This document shows positions 58,279 to 64,000 of a stretch of 64,000 bases of DNA, piece after piece (within the stretch, counting starts at the first letter, position 1; each line of letters opens with the position of its first letter). The position numbers and the translations under genes are program-made. The DNA comes from an uncultured Thiotrichales bacterium. Lineage in GTDB: Bacteria; Pseudomonadota; Gammaproteobacteria; UBA4575. The stretch is taken from the NCBI GenBank assembly GCA_964486815.1, contig CAZAOO010000013.1, forward strand, positions 9,965-73,964. The letters are read 5' to 3'. The notes beneath the pieces were generated by a model. It did no database searches. It saw only the letters and a list, made by a program, of their open reading frames with translations, and had not been told where the DNA came from.

Positions 58279-59265
58279 CTAAATTACTTCAGATCTATTG
58301 ATTAAATCGCTTAATTTTGTCATTGCATATAAGTTCTTTAAGTGTGGCACATCGACATTAGTCATTTCTGCTAATTCAATTACAGCGCCTAGAGTGGCCT
58401 CAAGTTCTAAAGTTTGTTTTGACTCAAAGTCTTGTAACATAGAAGTTCTGTGCTCGCCAATTTTTTCAGCGCCACGAAGCCTCTGTTCAAGTGGAACACG
58501 GAGCTTAATATCTAACTTAGCTGCAACTTGTTGTGATTCCTTCATAAGATTTATTACGATTTCTCTTGATTCTCTGCATTTGCAAATCTGCGACATTGTC
58601 GCCTTAGTTAAAGTGCTAACTGGATTAAATGCTAGTGTGCCCCAAGCTTTTAACCATATTTCATTACGTATGTCACTTAAAATGGGCGATTTGAAACCAG
58701 CATCGGATAATAAGCTTGAAACGATTTTTGCTCGATTAGATATTGTTCCATCTAATTCCCCGATAGGAAATCTAATGCCTTCAATATGCTGAATAACACC
58801 AGGGGCTATAATCTCAGCTGCTGGGTAGGATACGCAGCCAATAATATATTTACCTGAAATGTAGTTAGTGATAGTGCGGTCAGGATCAACTGTTTTTAGT
58901 GTGCGATTGTTAAATTTACCGTTATATTGCTGGAAAAACCACCATGGAATTCCATTTTGCAACGTAACAAGCGTTGTGTTTTCATGTATTAGCCTAGGTA
59001 TTTGTTTGCATACTGATTGGATTTGGTGTGCTTTAAGAGCTAAAAAAATAATATCTTGTGGACCACAACTTGAAAGATTTGTAGTGGGAGTCAAGTCGGT
59101 TATGGTAGATGTTTCTCCATTTGGTTTTTTAAATATCAGCCCATGTTTTTTGATTGCCTCTAAGTGTGGGCCTCTGTCGAAAACGGTTATTGTATTTTTA
59201 TTTCTTATTAAATGAGCAGCTATCAAACCACCTATTGAGCCGCAACCTATGATGCAAATATTCAT
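58279..59265 (-). CDS. 2-dehydropantoate 2-reductase (ApbA/PanE) family NAD(P)H oxidoreductase
   Basis: 328 aa. Rossmann N-terminus MNICIIGCGSIGGLIAAHL. Only minus-strand gene in the cassette. Confidence 0.7.
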   Translation of the reverse strand: MNICIIGCGSIGGLIAAHLIRNKNTITVFDRGPHLEAIKKHGLIFKKPNGETSTITDLTPTTNLSSCGPQDIIFLALKAHQIQSVCKQIPRLIHENTTLVTLQNGIPWWFFQQYNGKFNNRTLKTVDPDRTITNYISGKYIIGCVSYPAAEIIAPGVIQHIEGIRFPIGELDGTISNRAKIVSSLLSDAGFKSPILSDIRNEIWLKAWGTLAFNPVSTLTKATMSQICKCRESREIVINLMKESQQVAAKLDIKLRVPLEQRLRGAEKIGEHRTSMLQDFESKQTLELEATLGAVIELAEMTNVDVPHLKNLYAMTKLSDLINRSEVI

Positions 59266-59393
59266 AATAGTAGTGATTTATAAATTTATATAAATAATAA
59301 TAAGCGTAATTGTGGTTTACCGATATATTGTATCAATAGCGTAATTAAATAATGTCTACTGGATCAAGTAATTGTTTTACATGACTAAATCTT

Positions 59394-60689
59394 GTGTGGC
59401 CGCTTAAAAAAAATAAATATACTTACCTCGTAATGTTGATGCAAAACGAGAAGAAGTCTCGTGAGGAAATTCTTGCATCTCAGTTAGCGAGTTTAAACAG
59501 CATTGTGCGCTATGCATACGAAAATGTTCCGTTTTACAGAGATCTTTATGATGAGGTGGGTGTTAAGCCTTCTGATATCCAGTCATTATCCGATTTAAAT
59601 TGTCTTCCAACTGTAAGTAAATCAGATTTTAAAAAAAACGATGTAACTGATTATTTAGATAAAAATAATAGTGACATTTCAAGCTTGCATTTGATTGCGA
59701 CATCTGGATCTAGTGGCAAGCCCATGAGTTTTTTTATAAATAACGACTATGACCAATTTCGTAAAGCACAATCTATTAGGCCGTATTTATCAAATGGAAG
59801 AAAACTAACAGATCATGTGATGAGGTTTAGCGAAAGATCGGATGTCCAGCAGATGTGGTTTCAAAAAATAGGATTGCTTCGAGAATCATTTGTATTAGCT
59901 AATTCAGATTTAAGCACACAAGTTGAAAATTTTATAAAGCTGAAACCAGATATAATACAGGGATATGGCTCTGAGCTTATGCTACTCGCTAAAGAAATCC
60001 TTAATAAGGGTTTAAGCATACAAAGCCCTAAGATAGTTTTCACAGATTCAGAGCTGTTGACCCCTGATTCACGCGAATTGATTAAAACTGCATTTTCATC
60101 CGACGTAATTGATGTATATGGAACCTATGAGACAGACAATATTGCATATGAATGCTCCGAACATGCTGGATACCATATAGCAGAAGACTGTGTGGTTATG
60201 GAGTTTTTAAATGAATCGATGCAAGCTGTGCAACCTGAATGTGATGGTGAGATTGTTCTGACTGTTCTAAATAATTATACAATGCCGCTCATAAGATATA
60301 GGGTAGGCGATGTTGGTAGTTTTACGCTTGATTCTTGTAGATGTGGCCGATCTTTTCCGCTAATGAACCAAGTAGTTGGTCGTCTAAATGATTTCGCAGT
60401 AACTGATAGGGGTGTGTTTAAATCTACTTTAGGGCTTATGTCTAAGTTTAAATATTTAGCTGAAAAAGTGGCTGAGTATCAAATTCACCAAAAAGACATT
60501 AACAAATTTGATGTATATGTTGTTTCTTATGGTGAGCTCACCGTAAGAACTGCTGATGAATTTAAATTAGTATTGCTCTCTGAGTTTCCAAGTGCCAATG
60601 TAGTGGTTAAATCTGTAGATAATATTGAGCGTACTGCAGCCGGCAAATTTAAAGCATTTGTACAACATTACGTTGCGAATCCCAGCTAA
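59394..60689 (+). CDS. CapK / phenylacetate-CoA-ligase-like adenylate-forming enzyme, second copy
   Basis: 431 aa. IATSGSSGKPMSFF AMP-binding motif. Similar to 52090-53376. Confidence 0.7.
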   Translation: MWPLKKNKYTYLVMLMQNEKKSREEILASQLASLNSIVRYAYENVPFYRDLYDEVGVKPSDIQSLSDLNCLPTVSKSDFKKNDVTDYLDKNNSDISSLHLIATSGSSGKPMSFFINNDYDQFRKAQSIRPYLSNGRKLTDHVMRFSERSDVQQMWFQKIGLLRESFVLANSDLSTQVENFIKLKPDIIQGYGSELMLLAKEILNKGLSIQSPKIVFTDSELLTPDSRELIKTAFSSDVIDVYGTYETDNIAYECSEHAGYHIAEDCVVMEFLNESMQAVQPECDGEIVLTVLNNYTMPLIRYRVGDVGSFTLDSCRCGRSFPLMNQVVGRLNDFAVTDRGVFKSTLGLMSKFKYLAEKVAEYQIHQKDINKFDVYVVSYGELTVRTADEFKLVLLSEFPSANVVVKSVDNIERTAAGKFKAFVQHYVANPS

Positions 60690-60710
60690 CCTTCTAAGAA
60701 CAAAAAAATT

Positions 60711-62498
60711 ATGTGTGGCATATGCGGTGAATTTCGGTTTGATGGTAGTGAAGTAGAGCTGCAAACGTTGCAACGCATGCTTATACCGCTGCAAAGTCGT
60801 GGGCCCGACAACGAAGGTGTGTATCAATCAAAGATGATTGGTTTGGGGCACCGTAGACTCTCGATTATTGATTTATCTGATAACGCAAATCAACCGATGG
60901 TAGATACTGATACTCATCTGACAATCGTTTTTAATGGCACGATTTATAACTATCCGCAATTGCGAGAACAACTTATTCTAAAAGGCCATCATTTTAAATC
61001 AACGGGAGATACCGAAGTTATTCTAAAAGCATTTGCGCAATGGGGTAAAGACTGTGTAGCAAGATTGATTGGTATGTTTGCGTTTGCAATTTGGGATGAT
61101 ACCAGGCAACAGTTATTTTTAGCGCGTGATCGTTTAGGTATAAAACCGCTTTACTATAGTCAAATCAAAAAACATTTTCGTTTTGCGTCCAACACGCAAT
61201 CGTTACTTGCGGCGGGTGATGTGGATACGGAGTTCGATGCAATCGGTCTGCATCATCATTTAACCTTGCATGCTGTTGTGCCGGCTCCAACGACCATACT
61301 AAAAGGCATACGTAAAGTTCCACCCGCGCATTACATGTTAATAAATAAGCACGGCAAAGTATTAACCGAGAGGTATTGGAAACTTGATGCCGATAACATT
61401 GATAATCAACGTGATGATAAAGAATGGCTGCATGATATTCATGCTGCATTAAGTCTGGCGGTTGAACGAAGACTTAATATCGCCGATGTTCCAGTAGGTG
61501 TATTGCTCTCGGGTGGGCTGGATTCTAGTTTGTTGGTTGGCTTATTAGCAGAATCAGGCGTGTCTAATATACAAACCTACTCGGTAGGTTTTGAGGATCA
61601 ACCAGAAGAACAAGGTAATGAGTTCGAGTACTCTGATGCTGTGGTAGATAAATTCTCAACGCAACATCATAAATTCTATATTCAAAATCACGAGGTGATA
61701 CAAAGGCTTCCGCAAGCGATTGAACATATGGCTGAGCCCATGGTGGGACAGGATGCAGTAGCGTTTTATTTGCTCGCTGAACAAGTCAGCAAGCATATTT
61801 CTGTCGTGCAATCAGGTCAAGGTGCGGATGAAGTGTTTGGCGGTTATTTCTGGTATCCGTTAATGCAAGCAGAAAATAATTTTTCTGTAGAAAGTTTTGC
61901 CAAACATTACTTTGATCGTACTCATGCAGAAATGTCGGAAACATTGCATCCGGATTTAATCTCTGAAGATTTCACTTCTAGAAAAATTGCACAACTACTT
62001 GAAGAAGCCAATACAAAAAACTTTCTAGATGCAGTATTGCATATGGATGTCACGACTTTAATTGTAGATGATCCCGTTAAACGTGTAGATAACATGACCA
62101 TGGCTTATGGATTGGAAGCGCGAGTACCTTTCCTGGACCATGAATTGGTGGAACTAGCTATGCGTGCACCGACGAAATATAAGACTAAAGACGGCGGCAA
62201 GTTTCTATTAAAAAATATCGCACGGGGATTGTTGCCAGATAAAGTGATTGATCGTAAGAAAGGTTATTTTCCTGTGCCTGCTTTGAAATATGTGCGTGGC
62301 GAGTTTTTGGATTTTATGTGTGAAGTGTTGAGTTCTGAAGCATGCAAGCAACGTGGTTTATTTCAGGCTGAATATATTCACAAATTATTAAGCAAACCTG
62401 AAGCATTTATGACTCCATTGCGGGGTAGTAAGCTATGGCATTTAGCCTCATTGGAATTGTGGTTACAGCGCAATGTGGATACAGCTATTGCCACTTAA
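60711..62498 (+). CDS. asparagine synthase (glutamine-hydrolysing)-family amidotransferase
   Basis: 595 aa. N-terminal nucleophile MCGICG. PP-loop SGGLDSS. Confidence 0.8.
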   Translation: MCGICGEFRFDGSEVELQTLQRMLIPLQSRGPDNEGVYQSKMIGLGHRRLSIIDLSDNANQPMVDTDTHLTIVFNGTIYNYPQLREQLILKGHHFKSTGDTEVILKAFAQWGKDCVARLIGMFAFAIWDDTRQQLFLARDRLGIKPLYYSQIKKHFRFASNTQSLLAAGDVDTEFDAIGLHHHLTLHAVVPAPTTILKGIRKVPPAHYMLINKHGKVLTERYWKLDADNIDNQRDDKEWLHDIHAALSLAVERRLNIADVPVGVLLSGGLDSSLLVGLLAESGVSNIQTYSVGFEDQPEEQGNEFEYSDAVVDKFSTQHHKFYIQNHEVIQRLPQAIEHMAEPMVGQDAVAFYLLAEQVSKHISVVQSGQGADEVFGGYFWYPLMQAENNFSVESFAKHYFDRTHAEMSETLHPDLISEDFTSRKIAQLLEEANTKNFLDAVLHMDVTTLIVDDPVKRVDNMTMAYGLEARVPFLDHELVELAMRAPTKYKTKDGGKFLLKNIARGLLPDKVIDRKKGYFPVPALKYVRGEFLDFMCEVLSSEACKQRGLFQAEYIHKLLSKPEAFMTPLRGSKLWHLASLELWLQRNVDTAIAT

Positions 62499-62552
62499 TA
62501 TCAGCACAGTAAAATAATATTAAGATAATTTAAAAATTCGGAGCTAGGTGTA

Positions 62553-62876
62553 ATGGACGTATTAGAACGTATCAAAGAACAGGTAGAGTCAAATTCAGTA
62601 GTCCTTTACATGAAGGGTACTCCACAAATGCCACAATGCGGGTTTTCAAGTAGAACAGCTGAAGCGCTCAAGTCATGTGGTCATGAATTTGCGTATGTAA
62701 ATGTTTTGATGGACCCGGAAGTTTTTGAAAACTTGCCAAAATTTGCTGATTGGCCAACTTTTCCCCAGTTGTATATTAATGGTGAACTGGTTGGTGGATG
62801 TGACATCACCATGGAGCTGCATGAGAAAGGCGAGTTGCAAAAAATGGTTAGTGAAGCGATAGCTCCAAAAAGTTAA
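62553..62876 (+). CDS. grxD: monothiol glutaredoxin (Grx4 family)
   Basis: 107 aa. CGFS active site (PQCGFSS). Confidence 0.88.
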   Translation: MDVLERIKEQVESNSVVLYMKGTPQMPQCGFSSRTAEALKSCGHEFAYVNVLMDPEVFENLPKFADWPTFPQLYINGELVGGCDITMELHEKGELQKMVSEAIAPKS

Positions 62877-62898
62877 CCATCCAAGCTAACTATTCGGG

Positions 62899-63537
62899 CT
62901 AACTGTTTTTAGTGGTTGCTAACTGATCGCGCATATTCATAATTTTGCAAAATACATCGGCAGTTTTTTCTGCATCATACACTGCTGAATGTGCACTATT
63001 GCTGTCCCACTCAATCTCGGCTGCTTCAACTATTCTGGATAACACGGTCTGACCATAGGCCATTGCACCAAGGCTTACGGTATCCAGGCAACTGAAAGGA
63101 TGGAAAGGGCTGTTCTTTATACCAGTACGCGTTGCAGCAGCGTTGAGAAAGCCAAGGTCAAAAAAAGCATTATGGCCAACTAGAATGGCACGCGTACATT
63201 TATTTTCTTTTGCATGTTTGCGCACTGGTTTGAAAATTTCTGGTAATGCTTGTTTTTCGTCTAATGCCAGCCGCAGAGGATGGCCCGGATCAATGCCATT
63301 AACTTCCATGGAAGCAGGCTCTAGATTAGCGCCTTCAAAAGGTTTTACATGCGTGGATATCGTTTCTTTTCTATATAATTTGCCATCTTGATCGATGCTG
63401 ATTAAGACTGCGGCTATTTCTAACAAAGCGTCGGTTTGGGAATTGAAGCCTCCGGTCTCAACATCAACAACAACAGGGCAAAAGCCGCGCAATAGATTGG
63501 CAAAAGGGATAAATTCTTGTGCTTGTTCTTCACTCAC
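62899..63537 (-). CDS. rnt: ribonuclease T
   Basis: 212 aa. DEDDh exonuclease motifs (VVVDVETGG…, …[10 protein letters not shown]…, …[10 protein letters not shown]). Confidence 0.85.
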   Translation of the reverse strand: MSEEQAQEFIPFANLLRGFCPVVVDVETGGFNSQTDALLEIAAVLISIDQDGKLYRKETISTHVKPFEGANLEPASMEVNGIDPGHPLRLALDEKQALPEIFKPVRKHAKENKCTRAILVGHNAFFDLGFLNAAATRTGIKNSPFHPFSCLDTVSLGAMAYGQTVLSRIVEAAEIEWDSNSAHSAVYDAEKTADVFCKIMNMRDQLATTKNS

Positions 63538-63659
63538 CTGGTTATTCTTCGCCTATATATTTTCACTTATGGGGTCATGTCATGGTAATGTTTCACTTCG
63601 AGTTGAAACTTAACATTCATTATAAACGCGTATAACGCCCATCAATCAAATACATACTA

Positions 63660-64000
63660 TGTCATCAGTTCGTAAAGTTGTACTCGCCTATTCGGGTGGT
63701 TTAGATACCTCGGTAATTCTTAAATGGCTGCAGGAGGTCTATGACTGTGAAGTGGTTACTTTTACCGCCGATATTGGTCAAGGAGAAGAGGTTGAGCCTG
63801 CGCGCACTAAAGCGCAAGCGTTAGGCATTAAAGAAATCTATATTGAAGATCTTACTGAAGAGTTTGTTAAAGATTACGTTTTTCCGATGTTTCGTGCCAA
63901 TACTGTATATGAAGGCGAATATTTATTAGGCACCTCTATTGCGAGACCATTAATCGCCAAACGTTTGGTTGAAATTGCAGCAGAGACAGGCGCAGATGCT
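63660..64000 (+). CDS. argG: argininosuccinate synthase, N-terminal 113 aa (continues beyond window)
   Basis: [24 protein letters not shown]… PP-loop start of type-I ArgG. Confidence 0.85.

Overview
This 64-kb window is from a gammaproteobacterial chromosome (by eye about 40-45% GC, with several clearly AT-richer blocks). It alternates conserved housekeeping loci with accessory DNA.

Gene layout, in order:
- 1-9.6 kb: prfA-hemA on the minus strand, then a TPR lipoprotein, lolB, ispE, tRNA-Gln, prs, rplY, pth and ychF on the plus strand.
- 9.8-23.7 kb: a tRNA-Met hotspot. An intact tRNA-Met (9820-9896) is followed by two degenerate copies of its 3' half (~16041-16085 and ~22950-22997), which delimit two cargo segments. 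No integrase is present.
  - Segment I: an MscS-CorA operon, rimK, and two disrupted flanking genes (a Zn-protease with an in-frame TAA; an AstE/AspA-family gene with a frameshift).
  - Segment II: a Zur-box-fronted zinc-acquisition operon (small secreted Cys protein, TonB-dependent receptor, two MerC-like membrane proteins, His-rich ZrgA-like protein, MacB/FtsX-type ABC pair, DUF3299-like protein). A decayed paralogous TonB-receptor fragment follows the third tRNA copy.
- 23.7-41 kb: further accessory genes.
  - A protein made of tandem P-II(GlnB)-like domains with two DUF1538-like membrane proteins.
  - A RegB/RegA (RoxSR)-type two-component pair divergent from a CopB-like outer-membrane protein.
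  - A patatin lipoprotein, a frameshifted alpha/beta hydrolase, and AT-rich orphan secreted proteins, including a lipoprotein gene interrupted at a T8 tract.
  - An RHH / PAS-GGDEF-EAL / GAF-GGDEF c-di-GMP module.
- 41-48 kb: core genes mazG, nadC, agcS, a stand-alone EgtD-like histidine methyltransferase, argF, argD.
- 48.3-62.5 kb: an AT-rich cassette packed with amide-bond-forming enzymes (MurF-like ligase lacking its N-domain, two FemAB-like paralogs, ATP-grasp, two CapK/PaaK-like adenylating enzymes, AsnB-like amidotransferase) plus GT4, Wzx flippase, a GNAT-like protein and a PanE-like reductase. I read it as a peptidoglycan-precursor-like glycopeptide / amino-acid-decorated glycan pathway of unknown product.
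- 62.5-64 kb: grxD, rnt and the 5' end of argG.

I rate the tandem-P-II/DUF1538 module and the glycopeptide-like cassette as the most novel candidate systems.
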